Assembly (NCBI RefSeq): GCF_009914755.1
Contig: NC_060944.1
Source: the human T2T-CHM13v2.0 reference genome, Homo sapiens
DNA length: 64,000 bases
Direction: 5' to 3' (one strand)
Below the pieces are notes generated by a model, which was not told the DNA's origin, ran no database searches, and saw nothing but the letters and a program-made list of their open reading frames with translations. This document shows, piece by piece, positions 15,520 through 31,283 of this stretch. Made by a program: the position numbers and the translations under genes. Numbering within the stretch: the stretch's first letter is position 1; every line of letters starts with the position of its first letter.

Positions 15520-15780
15520 CTAATGGTTAGGAGCACGGCCTCTGGGGCCAGACTTCCTAGACTCAAATCCTGGCTCCATGTCTTACTAGGTATATGACCT
15601 TGGGCAAATTAACCTCTGTGCTTTGGTCTACCCATCTGTAAAACAGGGATAACAGTATCTACTTCATAGGTTGTTATGAGGATTAAATAACCGTTTCGTC
15701 TTATCTATATCCATCTATCTCTACATAGATATATATATGTATATATATCCTAGAATAGTGCTTGGCATGTAGTAAACTCT
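15520..15780 (+). mobile_element. MIR (one of several at ~13.9-14.2, 15.2, 19.3, 20.5-20.8 and 39.8 kb)
   Basis: MIR core: tgaccttgggcaaattaacctctgtg...catctgtaaaacagggataa. Confidence 0.8.
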
Positions 15781-17994
15781 GCTATAGCAGAGTTTTCTAT
15801 TATCGACAAATAGCAAGATATTCTGCCCTTTGGATGTGTGATAATTTCTTTAGCCAATCCCTTACTATTGTATATTTGATGGCCTTCAGCTTTTTGTTGT
15901 TATTCAAAGGAGGATAAATTATCACTAAATCCATCGGAAATAAATGTCTACACTCTCCAAATAATCCATGTGAGAGTTACAATGGACAGGTAGGTGCCAT
16001 TTCCTTCCTGTTTTTTTCTGGTAGCAAAGTAGGACAGGAAATGTAGAGTCTAGTTGGGTGGCCATATGCCCTGCCAGAATTCACTGGGGAGTTCTACTAT
16101 TAAAGGAAGAAGGGAACCATGGCTACTGCAGGGCTATCAGCAGACCCTGCCACAGCTTTTAACATCCATCCTATCCCCTAGACTACAACTCTGTGGAAGT
16201 TTGGTTAAACAAGGTAATCACAGGACTACCCTTATGTTGTCACACTTTAGTGGATAAATGTTTAAAAAAACCTGGATCTATTTTTATCATCCCTTAAATT
16301 TCAAACTCCCTTTGTCACCTGGTTTTAGGTACATTTTTTTACAAGCCATACATAGTTGGATTTAGTTTTCTAACTCACTGTTAAACTACCTCTGTCTTTG
16401 ATGTAGGAATTCAATTTGTTCATATTATTTGTGATAACATTTATTGATTCTTTTTCATTTTTACTTGTTTAAAGTCTATTGTACTTTTCTTTTCCACTTT
16501 CCTTACTTTTTCTATCTTGGTCAGTGTTCACTTTATCATTTAAAAAAATTTAGGAGAAATTCTACTAGGAAACAAATGGAAAAAGACAATCAAGAAAATC
16601 AAGGGTAGGCCTAAATGACTACTGGTATGGATACTTGTAAAAAGTCATTAAAGAGACTTGAACTACAGAAAAACAGATAAATGTAAAAAAAACTTAGCTG
16701 CAATTCTTACTACAAAACATCACCTTTGTTAATGTTCTAATGCATTAAGACTTTTCTGGAAAATCAGATATTCTATTAACAGATATTCATATGGATATAA
16801 ATATGCATATACATTATATAAATAAAAATAACCCATTTAAGAACCATGAAGGCTCTCTTTTCTCTCCCTGAATGTAAGTCCCTCCTTCCTCCTAAAATGT
16901 AACTGATATTGTAGATTTTGTGTTAATCATTGATTTGCTTTCTTTTCTAAATTTACTACTTACATATGTATCCCTGAACAATGTATTCTTGGTTTGCTTT
17001 TGAACTTTATATAAATAACATAACAGAGTATCTATATTTTTCCCTTTTTTAAATTCAACATCACTTTAAGATATAACCATGTTGATGTGTTTAACAGAGT
17101 TTTATTCATTTTCATTGATGTATATTATTTCTACCATATGACTATGCCAACATTTATTAATTTAGTTTATTGGTAATCAACATTTGGATATTTTCTTTAA
17201 ATTTTTTTTTTACAAAAACTATTGCAATGTTGCAGTGAACATTCTTGTACAAATTTGTGGGTGCAGATGTGCAAGAGTTTCTGTAAGGCAATTTTTTTGT
17301 GTGGTGAAACTACTGGTATTCTGGATAAGACTATTTCCTGTCCTTTCACTGATACATTGTAGGGAAATTAGCATCTCTGGCCTCCCATCTACCCAGAGCC
17401 TGTAGCATGTCAATGATGTGACAATCAAAACAACAGATTTCCAAACACACTTCAGGAAGTCCAGTTGAGAATTATTGTTTTATGGTATGTATCTAGAATT
17501 GGAATTGATGGACCACAGGTTATGTGACCGTTCAATTTTCACTTATAAAATATATTGTATTGTTGTGTTCCCATGTGTAAATCCAACATACACATAATTT
17601 ATGTTATACAGCACACTCGTATCCTATGTAACTATATACAGCCCAATATACTTCAGGAAATCTTCACACATATTCAACGCTATCGTGTCAATGACTTAAA
17701 TAATTCATAGTTTTACAAAAGGATCATGTTTCACATTCTATTAAGAACAAGTCATTTTCTAATCTTTTCTTTAATTACTCTGCTATTACATCTGAAAGAT
17801 GACTTCTACCTAAACATTTTATGCACAAGAACATTTTGCATTCATATACCTTAAAATTAATTTTTCCTCCACAGCTCTGAATACTTGCTGAAAGCTTTCA
17901 CATGTTCAAAGCATTCATGTGGTTTCACTCCTATGTTAATTTTCTAATTCCTATTCGTTATAACCTACAAACAAATACTTTCCTACATGTATTA

Positions 17995-19193
<1,199 letters not shown>

Positions 19194-19207
19194 TCATAGT
19201 GTTGCCC

Positions 19208-19243
19208 GGGCAACACTGCGAGACTCCGTCTCAAAAAAAAAAA
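19208..19243 (+). mobile_element. Alu 3'-terminal fragment (~36 bp)
   Basis: gggcaacactgcgagactccgtctc followed by A11; no Alu body and no TSD. Confidence 0.85.
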
Positions 19244-20099
19244 TACTGACAATACTTGTATAGTAGTTACTATATAACAGGACTTGTTCTAAGTACTTTG
19301 TATGTCTTCCTTCATTTAACCTTTAAAATAAAGCCAAGCATAGCTACTATTATGACTTCCATTTCATAGAATAGGAAAGCGAGGGGAAGACTGAGCAATG
19401 TGGTGGAGCTGGGCTTTGAACCCGGGCAATCCGGCCCCAGATCCATTCACTTGAGCACTGTGTTAATATTTTTCACTTTTAAAATGAGGCACAATTACAT
19501 AACCGCTGAAAAGCTTCCCCGTACTCCTATAAAGTCAAGAGTAGGTAGTGGGTAGCATGTCCCTAAATTCCAGATGTGGAGATGGGTGGGGTTTGAGGGC
19601 TCTGCAGAAATCTAGGAAGAGGGGTTGAAGAATTAGGGGCATGGGAGGAGTTTCCGAGAGGAGTGGTGATAGTATCTTCCCCGTCATGCGCACCAGGTAC
19701 TCACCTGGGAGTTCCTCCTCCCCCGCAGCCGGCCTCCTGCCCACCATCCTCAGTCCAGCTCGCCATCCTCAGCCCAGCTCACCTCTGTCCTGTGACAGCT
19801 GGCCCACACCTTCGTTGACCGACGGTTCTTGGCAACCTCCGACATGATGAGTTATTCAGGGCGGAAGAATCGGGAATTGCTTCAAGAGCAAGCGCTTACA
19901 GACTTGCCTGTTTTCCCAGACGTCCTTGGTGCAGCTGTGTGCGTTTTATCAGAGGGTGGGAACCTCCCAGGCGAGATTCCTGCTTCTGGCGTCCCCTCCT
20001 CACAGGAGCAGGGTGACCCTGGCTGGGGAGAGAGGGAATAAATTCAGATAACTGGGACCTTCAGCCGGTTCCAACTCTCTCTTGGAGTTCACTATCTCC

Positions 20100-20295
20100 T
20101 ACAACAGAGGCTTTCAGTGTGGACCCTGGACTGGCAGCATCAGCATCACCTGGGAACTAAATAGAAAGGCAAATCCTTGGGGCTCTCCCCAGACCTACTG
20201 AATCAGAAACGCTGGGTGTGGGGCCCAGTCGTGGGGTGGGGTTTAACAGGCCCTTCAGGTGATACGGATGCATGCGAGTTTGAAAACCACTGCCT
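20100..20295 (+). mobile_element. MER5A-like hAT DNA transposon
   Basis: cagcatcagcatcacctgggaact...cccagacctactgaatcagaaac...tttgaaaaccactg. Confidence 0.8.
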
Positions 20296-21199
20296 GCAAA
20301 TCTCCCTTGGGAACCTGAGAACTGTGGAGGGCACAAACAGATGGACCTTGAGTTTCCCAGAGGCCTCAGTTACACAGTACCCCCAGGGTTCTGCAGAGAT
20401 ACCAAGAAATCTCCAAGATCCTTAAGGGAAGGCTCAGTCCTTACACACTCCGGTTGGCCCATAGAGACATGCCACTCTGCTAAGTGCTGTGAAGCATGCG
20501 ATTTGGAAATAAAACTGAGGCTTGCATCCCAGATCCTTCACTTGCTAGCCATGTGACTTCACCTCCAGAGTCTTGGTTTTCTTCTCAGTTAAAATAGGGT
20601 GGGTAACACCGACTTTACAGGGGGTCTTTGAGAATCAAATGACACACCGAGTGAAAAGAACAGTGGGAAAGGCAGGCCGCATTTCCAGAGTGCTTAGAAA
20701 ATGTCAGGACCTGTGCGGAGTGCTTTAGAGGTGCTCTCTTATTCAACACTCAGAACGACCCTGAAGCAGGTTTTAGAAATAACTTCATTTTACAGATGGG
20801 GAAATTGAGTCTTAGAGTTTAGGTTCATCACTGTGTTCATGGAGAGCCAGTGACAGACCTAGGATGTGAACTCGTCTTACTTTCAAACTCAGGCTCTGCA
20901 TCTGCAATAAGGCTTGCTAAGGTAGGAATGATAGTACAGCATAAAGTAAACTTTGTAAGAATTGTTCTCATCCCCGCTGGAGTAGTGGGTTTGACCAGCT
21001 GATGAATGGTTGCCCAGGGCACCTGCGAGTTAGAGGAGCTTCTGGAAACAGCTCTTTTAACATGTGAATGCCTTTTCCCGGAGCCCTTTATTCTGATCAG
21101 GAAACCTGTTCCCTCCGCCCTTATCTTCTTCGTGGCACCTGCAGATCCGCAGCGGACCTCCTCCTCCGTCACTTGCTTTCTAGACGGACAGATGCAGGG

Positions 21200-21550
21200 C
21201 AGACTCGGGAACAAGTGCCAGAGGGTCTCAACCCGCGTGGGATTTGCGCAAGTTTTTGCTTCCACAGGCTGTGAACACAAACCTACCCCAAGCCCCGCAA
21301 AGCAACCCTCCAAGCTAGGCTCTCACCTGCGGAGCGCATCGTTAGTGCAGCACCTGGTCGCTGAGTTACGCGTAGACGCGGAGGCTCCACGCTGATCAGA
21401 GACAGGAGTAAGGAACAAGGAGGAAGTCTGCACATGCGCAGACGGGGCTGCCAAAGACCGGTTCCCGGGGCCCTCCCGGGGCGATCCATCAACTTCCAGA
21501 CTCCGTTTCCCACAAGTCTCCGCGCCCCCTTCCTTAAGGAACGTCTGAAG
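21200..21550 (-). promoter_or_regulatory. CpG-rich promoter and first exon, minus strand (probable ZNF663P start)
   Basis: Local CpG retention; NRF1-like TGCACATGCGCA (21429-21440) beside ETS-like AGGAAGT (21421-21427); minus-strand donor CAG|GTGAGA at 21327/21326. Confidence 0.65.
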
Positions 21551-22282
21551 AGTTTCTGGCTTACTTGGCAAGTTGGGGGATTTGTGGTCCAAAGTCATCT
21601 TTACTTTTATTTGGAGCCCTAGTTCCTCATAACCCACCAGGTAGGAGATTTGCATGCACTCCACTTACAATCAGTGTCACTTCAGAGGCAAAGCTACCGT
21701 GAGAAGGAAAGGAGTTTGTCAACTGCACATCTGAAAACAAAATTAATGAAAGCCAAGCAACATAGTGGAATATTTATAGAAAATAAAGCAAAGCAATAAG
21801 TAAAAGATTAATAACCACGACCAGAAAGCTTTTTCCGCAGAATGCAAATATTACCTCCACCTGAAACTGGATTTCAAAAGTAAAAGCCTCACATAATGGC
21901 AAATACACATAAATCAAAGGAAAATTTCATCTAAGAAGCACACTCAGAATCTCCCCTTCCAGAGATGACCATGGCCAATGTTAGAAATGGGACCCCAAAA
22001 TCTCAATGAGTGATTTGGGTCTTTTCATTGAACATGTTGTTAATAATTTTCTTACCCTTTTACACTTTTTATTTTGAAATATTTTAAACTTACAGAAAAG
22101 TTTCAGGGATGATTCATTCGGATCATCTGTAAACCATTTACTCAGATTCATCAACAGCAAATATCTGCCTCCCCACCTTCTGTTTCTCTCCTCATCCTCA
22201 TCACCATTTGAGGGTAAGTTACAAATATGAACTGTCACCCCTAAAACCTTAGCATATATCACCTAGAACAAGGGCTTTTTAA

Positions 22283-22362
22283 AAACATAACCACAATTAT
22301 CAAAAATTTTTAAACATAACTACAATTATCAAAATTGTTTAAACATAACCACAATTATCAAA
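22283..22362. repeat. 29-bp tandem repeat, ~2.8 copies, within an old L1
   Basis: aaacataaccacaattatcaaa starts at 22283, 22312 and 22341. Confidence 0.9.
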
Positions 22363-23202
22363 TCCAAGAACTTAAACAGATATAATATTATTATCTAAAA
22401 TCTAGACCATATTCAAATTTTACTAATTGTTCTAATAATATCCTTTATAATTTTTTTTCTGATCCGGGGTTCAATTGAGGATCATTTTTACGCAGAGTTG
22501 CCATATCATTTAGACCACTTTAATCTAGTTCCTTGGCCTTTCTCTGTCTTTCAAGACATTGTTAATTTTGAAGAGGACGCATCAGTTTTTTTGAAGAATG
22601 TTCCTTTATTTGGGTTTGTCTGAGTGTTTCCTGATAATTTGATTCAGGTTATACATTTCTTGGCAGGAATCCTATATAAGGAATATTGTGTTCTTCTTGG
22701 TATATCATGCTAGGTCAGTGGGATGATGTCAGTTTATCCCATTTTTGGTAAAAAAAAAAATTTCGCACAAGTCTCCTTTATTAATCTACCCTTTTGGTAA
22801 CAATTCCTTGATCACAAATCTAGCACAGGTAGCCAAAAGATATAAAGTACCACAGACTTTGTATTGACTCAAGTTGGATGATGACTTTTACACTAAAATT
22901 AACACATACTGAAGAGATAAAAAGTTCTCAAAGTTTACACACGTATAGGAATACAAACTGAATACAGTTTTTAAATAAAAGATGATTACTTTTCAAATTA
23001 TTTAAAGGGAAGCCTACTTTCAAACACCCTAGGAACAAGCCACTCAACACTACGTAAACTCAGAAGAGCTCTGAAAGAGTATTTTTCCACCAGCAAACCA
23101 AAACACACACCAATTGGCAGTAGACAGAGGCAGGTCTTCTGACTAAGAAATGGATATTATACAAATGTATATTTACAGCATAATTTTACTTCATGTGAAT
23201 AA

Positions 23203-23675
<473 letters not shown>

Positions 23676-23850
23676 CTATGAAATTATCTATACCCATGAA
23701 GAATAGGCATTTTCCAATATTAAATTGGTGCATTGTGGTCATACTCCATAAAGATACTGAAAAGCATCATCCGTAAAAATTTTTTTTGTTTTACCTGGGA
23801 AATGTACTTCTTACAAAAGGGCGGCTGCAAAATACAGAGACTTTGGCAAC

Positions 23851-24289
23851 TGTTAGTCCAAACTGCACCATTTTGTAAGCCCCGTGCCATTTCGCAGACC
23901 TTGGTCAAAGTGAAACACTCCACGGGGGTTCGGGTCATGAGAAATATTCCTATCATACCCTGCCGGGCAAGGGCCCAACTGAAGAGACATCCCTATCATA
24001 TCCTGCTGAACAAAGGTCCAAGGAACATCTTATCACATCCCACTGGAAAAAGGGCCAAACTGCTTGACCACAGGTACATCTTATCAATATCCTGCCAGGC
24101 AGTAAGCCAGATGGCCCAGACCCCTCCTGCCCATACCTATAAGTACCCCAGCCTGTAAGTGGTGGTAGACTCTGGCTTTAAGCTGATCCCCCAACTCTGC
24201 AGGTTTTTGCAATATGCCTGTGTTGCTGTTGAGCCCCACTCTCTCTGTGTGTCTTTCTTTAACCCTCACCTTCCCTTCAAAACCAAACA
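23851..24289 (+). mobile_element. Solo ERV LTR (MER48-like, tentative), inside the makorin retrocopy
   Basis: TGTTAG...AAACA termini, 5-bp TSD GCAAC, TATAA at ~24139. Confidence 0.8.
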
Positions 24290-24931
24290 GCAACAATTAC
24301 TTGTTTTTTTCTTAAAGTTAAAGAATGAGTGGGATCCAAGGAACAAAATGGTAGACCAGGAGCAGGTCCAAGTTATTTTCAGGAAACAGAGCAACAAAGC
24401 ACAAAGGCAAAATTTCCAATAGAAATTCTTTTAATAACTTAGCTTGTCTCTGGGATTACCGTCTCCTCCCCTTTAGCAGAAAAGTGTGACTTATTACTGT
24501 AGGCCAATTACTCCACTACAGTAAACACCTTAGAATGTAGTTTTGAATCACATCTGTCTACCTGAAAGATCAGAAGTGGAATTACGCAAATACCCACAAA
24601 AACAAACACAAAAAACTCAACAACAAAACACCTCGAATGGTGACAAAGGTTTTTCAAAAAGTGCCTGGACTAGAAAGCCTAGATTGTAAACAGTAAATAC
24701 AATTCTGTATCCAAGCCCCAGTTTGTGTTAATATGTAGGATAACCAGATAGTTTTAACTCTATGGCTAACCCCATTTCTTTCTTTATATAGACAGGCAGA
24801 GCTAGCACTGCTATATTAACAACTACCAATATACTGCTTTGTCCTTTAAAATCTATCTGCCACAGAAGGCTTAAACCACTAAACCAAGTTTCTCTACTAA
24901 GGCTAAGAATACTGCATCTATGCAGGGATGA

Positions 24932-25430
<499 letters not shown>

Positions 25431-27520
25431 TTACTTGTGTACAATTAAGCAAGAGACCAAAACCACAGAGCAAGTTGGACAGGGTGGGAATTACAGGGTA
25501 GGGAACAGATATAAAAACACAGATGTGCAGATTTCAGCAGAAACGTCAAGGATCCACATCCTGTGTTGGAGCAGAAGGCTCTTTAGAAGCGCATATCCCT
25601 TCACCCATCACTCCTATCCTTGGACCCCAAAGCAGGGCCGCAGCTTTTACTTTCAAACCCAGGGTCCTCAAAATGAGCGTGCAAAGTCCATAAACACAAT
25701 CTGGTTGAAAACAGATGACACAACACACCTACACGAACTGTCTGACTGTTAAATTCATGTTACAAAACACTAACTTCAGGATTTATTTTTGAAACTTTTT
25801 TCCACAGAGAAAATAACACACTCCTTGGGGAAAGGTCACAGATTGAGAAGACAGGCCCTAGGTAAAAATTATTAAGACAGCACCTGGAGTTGATAGGCCT
25901 GCCTAGGAGAGAAACATGGGCACTGTCACACCACCACAGGGGACTGCTGCTGTCTGAGGTCAGCAGGCCAGTTCACATGCCACGCAAGGTGGCTACTGAG
26001 CCAAGTCATAAAAATCTTCCAGATCATCATGGAACAAGTCCCACTCATTTTCAAAGTCTGTCAGTTCATCGTCCCCATCTGCCAAAAGCATAAGCAACAT
26101 CTCACCCAGCTCAAAGGTGACAACCTCTTCTTCATTGTTGTCAAAGGGGTCATTGTTCTCTCTTTCCTCAATGAGCTCCGAGAAGTGGTTCCTTCACTGG
26201 GCCCAGTATCTGTTTGCCTGTCTCTGTGTATCCTTTCTATGGCCATCAGGGAATACCTGCTTGTAAAAACACATCCCCCAAGATGGGCAGCTCCCCTGTC
26301 CTTCATCAAAATCCCTGCATGCCTGGCTGCTCATTGCCTCCTTGACTTTCTGGATGAGTTTCTGCTTCTCTTCTTTCTCCCGCCTGGTACTCACTGGGAA
26401 TGACAAAGTTAGATGTGATCCGGCATTCTGGGTAGGACACTATGATCTTGCTCTCAAATAGCTTAGTGCCCTTCCACTTGTGAATATACTTGAGACAGTA
26501 GGCGTGGCTGCAGCTGGAGAGGATCCCAAAGCCACGCTCACTGGGGCTGGCTTTCTCACAGACCACCTCCATGCAGATCCCACACATCGTATCCTTGCTG
26601 CACTGCACAGCAAATGAGAGCTCCGTTTCCTTCTCATGGGCCTCAGGACAAGATTTTTATATGCTGTGGTCTCTGGGCAGCATCCATTGGAGGTAGGACC
26701 TGCAGCTTACATGATCACATGACTCTCTGTGGAGATACACACAGTTCTACCCATTTCCATCTCTCCCACTGCAGCCTAGGGGCAAAGCAGCTTCTTTGTT
26801 ATCACAGCTGTTTGCTCTTTCTCTGATTCTCCCTTGGTCACTGCAGAAAGGGGCAGTGTACGCTGCAGTAGAGTTGCCCAGGAACAAACTCAACAGCATC
26901 TACCCAGTCCTCTGAACCCACTCCTACAGTTGCAAAGTTTGAGTCTGACTCAGCTTCGCCTGTATTCATTTCCACAAGCGGTCCAACTATGAATGAGAGA
27001 CTTAAGGAAGCAGCAAGGGATGATTTTGTAGTTAGATCTGTAGCAGTTGCTTGTTCGTTTCAGTGGCTTGCTGTGTTCACATCTGCAGCGGCCTCCATAA
27101 ACACAGTACCGTCGCTGAAAATACTTGCCCACTACGCCATGTGGACTGTCAGAGAGGGAATGCAAGTAGCGACAGTTATGTCCTTCCTTACAAATCCCAT
27201 GCACAAAATACCAGCAGGTGACCTGTTTAGTTCAGCTGTTGCTGCAGCTACTGCCACTCCTTCTTCCCGTCCCCAGGGATGGGGGTGGTGACTGTGGGAT
27301 GGGGTGGGATAGCTGCTGCTGCAGGTCCTGCTCCTGATATTGTGGCTGTTGTTCTGGGAGCTGCAGCCTCCACTGTTACTGTTTATCCCACATACCCATT
27401 TTTGGTAAAATTAACTGATCCCATGGTTAAGATGATATGTAGGCCAATATACTTTTATATCAATTGTTTCTTTTCTGCCGATGATGATATGATAATAATA
27501 ACTTTAAAACAGTAAGCTCC

Positions 27521-28069
27521 AGCCAGCACGGTGGCTCAGGCCTGTAATCCCAGTGCTTTGGGAAGCCAAGGCAGCAGGATCACTTGAGACCAGGAGTTTG
27601 AGACCATCCTGGGCAACATAATATAACCCCATCTCTAAAAAACCAAAACAAACAAACAAACAAAAAACACTAGAAAAAATTAGCTGGGCATGGTGGTGCA
27701 CACCTGTAGTCCCAGCTACTTGGGAAGCTGAGGTAGGAGGATCACGTGAGTCTGAGTGGTCAAGGCTGTAGTGAGCTATGATCGTGCCACTGCACTCCAG
27801 CCTGTCCCAGCACTTTGGGAGGCTGAGGTGGGTGGATCATGAGGTCAGGAGATTGAGAACATCCTGGCTAACACGGTGAAACCCCGTCTCCACTAAAATA
27901 CAAAAGAAATTAGCCGGGCGTGGTGGCGAGCGCCTGTAGTCCCAGCTACTCAGGAACCTGAGGCGGGAGAATGGCATGTATCCAGGAGGTGGAGCTTGCA
28001 GTGAGCCAAGATCGTGCCACTTACTCCAGCCTGAGCAACAGAGCGAAACTCCGTCTAAAAAAAAAAAAA
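27521..28069 (+). mobile_element. Fused AluJ + AluY-type pair
   Basis: First Alu ends ...gcactccagcctg (~27804) and runs directly into tcccagcactttggg of a second Alu. Confidence 0.9.
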
Positions 28070-28574
28070 TTAGAATATGAAAAAGATGGAATTTCTGGGG
28101 AAGAGGGGGAATTCATGTTAGGAAACTAGAGGTGTTGATGGGAGAGAGGAAGATTATCCGTCTAGCACATATACCCTATAAATTTCATGTAGACTTTTGG
28201 CTCAACATTTTTAACAGTAAACCAATAGGAATATAGAGATAATATAAAAAAATTTTCTTATCTAATCTCTAGGTAAGAATACCAAGCCATCAAAGGCAGT
28301 GGCCACAAAAGAAATGACTGCCAAATTTTACTCTAAACAAATTTAAAATCTTGCTTTTAGATAAAAACAAGTAAAAACACACTTAGAAAATACATTTGTT
28401 AAGTATATGAAACGGTTTGTTGACTTCATTTAATTATCTCTTACACATTTATAAGAAGATTACACTACCATAAAAATGATCTATGAATATGAAGGGTAGG
28501 TAATAAAAGGGAAATGCAAATGAAGAATAAATATGTGAAAACAGCCCATAAATTACAAATTAAAAATGCAAATG

Positions 28575-28577
<3 letters not shown>

Positions 28578-28605
<28 letters not shown>

Positions 28606-28887
28606 GAGACAGAGTCTCGCTCCGTCGCCCAGACTTGAGTGCAGTTGCTCCATCTAAGCTCATTACAACCTCTGCCTCCTGGGTTCATGCAATTCTCCTG
28701 CCTCAGCCTCCCGAGTAGCTGAGATTACAGGTACGCACCATCGCACCTGGCTAATTTTTGTATTTTTAGTAGAAACGGGGTTTTGCCATTTTGGCCAAGC
28801 TGGTCTTGAACTCCTGACTTCAGGTGATCTGTCCACCTCAGCCTCCCAAAGTGCTGGGATTACAGGCATGAGCCACTACAACTGGCC
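28578..28887 (-). mobile_element. AluS
   Basis: TSD AAAATG(C/T)AAATGTTTA. Confidence 0.95.
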
Positions 28888-30181
28888 AAAAATGTAAATG
28901 TTTAAATACACTTTTTGGCCTTTATATAAAGTTGGCAGATTATAAAGAAAAATGATATCTAGGATGGGTATCAGTTTGGGAAAATGTTAATTCTCATAAC
29001 TTTTTTGAATATAATTTCTAAAACAAATCATGTTTGTTGGAGGCCACTCCACACCAAGATTTAAAATGAGCATGCACTTTAATAGACTAATTCTATTTCT
29101 ATTAATGTGACCTAAGGAAATAGTTGTCCAAAATATGTGTGTAGGTATATTTCTCACAGTTCATGTTAACAGCAATACACTGTAAAAAATCTAAATGTGA
29201 AAAAAGGATAAAATAACTTGTAGGAATCTATAAGGTGAGATGTTAGGTACCCATTAAAAATTATAATGCAGGTGTCTTCCTGCTGGCAAGAATATAAAAG
29301 AAAAAATATACAATGTAGGGATATTCTAAATGATATGGCTGGAGTTTACAATATTTTTAAATAAAATGCACTTTACACACAAAAATAAGGCATTTTTTGG
29401 GAAAAATAACGCATATTTCCTAAGGGTTTAAAATATATGTAAATACCAAATACAGGGAAAAAAATTGAACCAAAAGAAAAATTAAAAATCTGCTTCACCC
29501 TCACACGTAACAATAGTACAGTCTATGCCAGGATTTTGTTTACAAAAGGCCTAGGAAAATTCAAAACCTGTGTCATTCAACACTAATATCCCCCTAGGAG
29601 TAGACATGGAATGGAGAGGAGGCATTCTCAGGGGCATAGATTTACATCCTTTGTGGAATATATGTACGCTAATGCTGCCTTTTTAATTTTCTCAGCTTTA
29701 GCTCTGATGTTGTATTGAGTCTTCTCCACTAAATTAACTGCACAGTGCATTGTGGTGTTTGTCTAAGCGTTTTTGTAGTATCTTATAACATCTAATTTCC
29801 ACTTCAAAGTAATTGATCTTCATGAATTTTTTTAAAACCCTCTAAAAGCTCTACTATTTAATGAATATTTGGATGAGACTGGTGTAGTAATTAAAATACT
29901 TAACATTTTAATAAAAGCAAATGTTAGCGATCCACGTTACATAATCATTTAGAATATTCTAAAGCATTAGTAACAATGTGTTCATCACAGGACACTAGTA
30001 GTCATGGATTTGATTGTTAAATGGGTCTATTTTAGTTTTTAATGCTAAAGTGATATGGCCAAGTGTTACTGACATAACCAAAGAACAATTAGTGTTCTTT
30101 ACTGCTTATAAGTGATATGACTCCTCACAAATTTTGGAAACTTTGGGAGATCTGTATGATATTGAAATTTGTACCTAATAT

Positions 30182-30956
30182 TGATGTAGGGCAGGCAAGC
30201 CCCCAGATTAGGGCTTAGCCTGGGACAGTTTTTGGTGACCTGGTGGTGTTGGACAGTAACTTTTACTGAGGCGGCGGTGCACAACAGCAGCAGAAATACT
30301 GCTTGTAGAGTGGGGCTCCCCGATAGGTGGTGTGTCCAGAGTAGCAGCTCAGGGACACTTCCGCAGTTGTGTTTACACCCACATTTTTTTTTTTTTTTGA
30401 GACGGAGTCTCGCTCTGTCGCCCAGGCTGGAGTGCAATGGTGCAACCTCGGCTCACTGCAACCTCAACCCCCAGGTTCAAGTGATTCTCCCACCTCAGCC
30501 TCCTGAGTAGCTGAGATTACAGGCACCCGCCATCATGACTGGCTAATTTTTTTTTTTTTTTGGTATTTTTGTAGAGACAGGGTTTCACCATGTTGACCAG
30601 GCTGGTCTTGAACTCCTGACCTCAGGTGATTCACCCGCCTCAGCCTCCGTAAGTGTTGGGATTACGGGCGTGAGCTACACCCCCGGGCCTATACCCACTT
30701 TTAAATATATGCAAATTAACAGGCAGATTATGCAGAGATATTTAGAAAAAGGGTGGTAATCTCCAGGTTGTCAGGCTGTTGCCATGGAAAGAGGCTGTAA
30801 CTTCCAGTGTTGCCATGGCAACGGTAAACTGACATGGCACTCACGGGTGGGCATGTCTTATGGAGAGGGGCTTTTGCTTCTTCCCTGTTTTAGCTAGTCT
30901 TTAACATGGTCTGCAGTCTGACCTGCCTCTGGAGTCGAATCTCACCTCCTACCTCA
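30182..30956 (-). mobile_element. Solo LTR (MER50-like) containing an antisense Alu (~30383-30690)
   Basis: TGA...TCA termini, 4-bp TSD ATAT. Confidence 0.8.
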
Positions 30957-31283
30957 ATATGAGACATAATTATTAATATGATCATTCTTTGGTATCATTT
31001 CAAATTTGTATAATTGAAATTCCTGTACTATAGGTGGCACTGTACTAGGTATTTTCTATAGTTTCATTTGAAATGTATAGATGTAAATACTTGGAAAGAA
31101 AGTCAAGAACAATACACGCTGACCTGATGACAGTACTGATTTCTCTAGAGAAGATCAACTTAAATGGGACTTATTGCTAATATTTTACTTTTTTTATCAA
31201 CAAAAACATGTACTCATTTTATTTGATATATAATTAAAAACTGACCATGTGAAAATAATGGTATCAGTAGACAACACTATACC

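Noticed and set aside
20837-21664. ORFs of 113-158 aa around the CpG-rich region
   Set aside because: Expected from low stop-codon density in GC-rich promoter DNA; no domain similarity.
26306-27204. Makorin ORF fragments as a functional retrogene
   Set aside because: Start codon lost, multiple frameshifts, and RING/CCCH ligands mutated.
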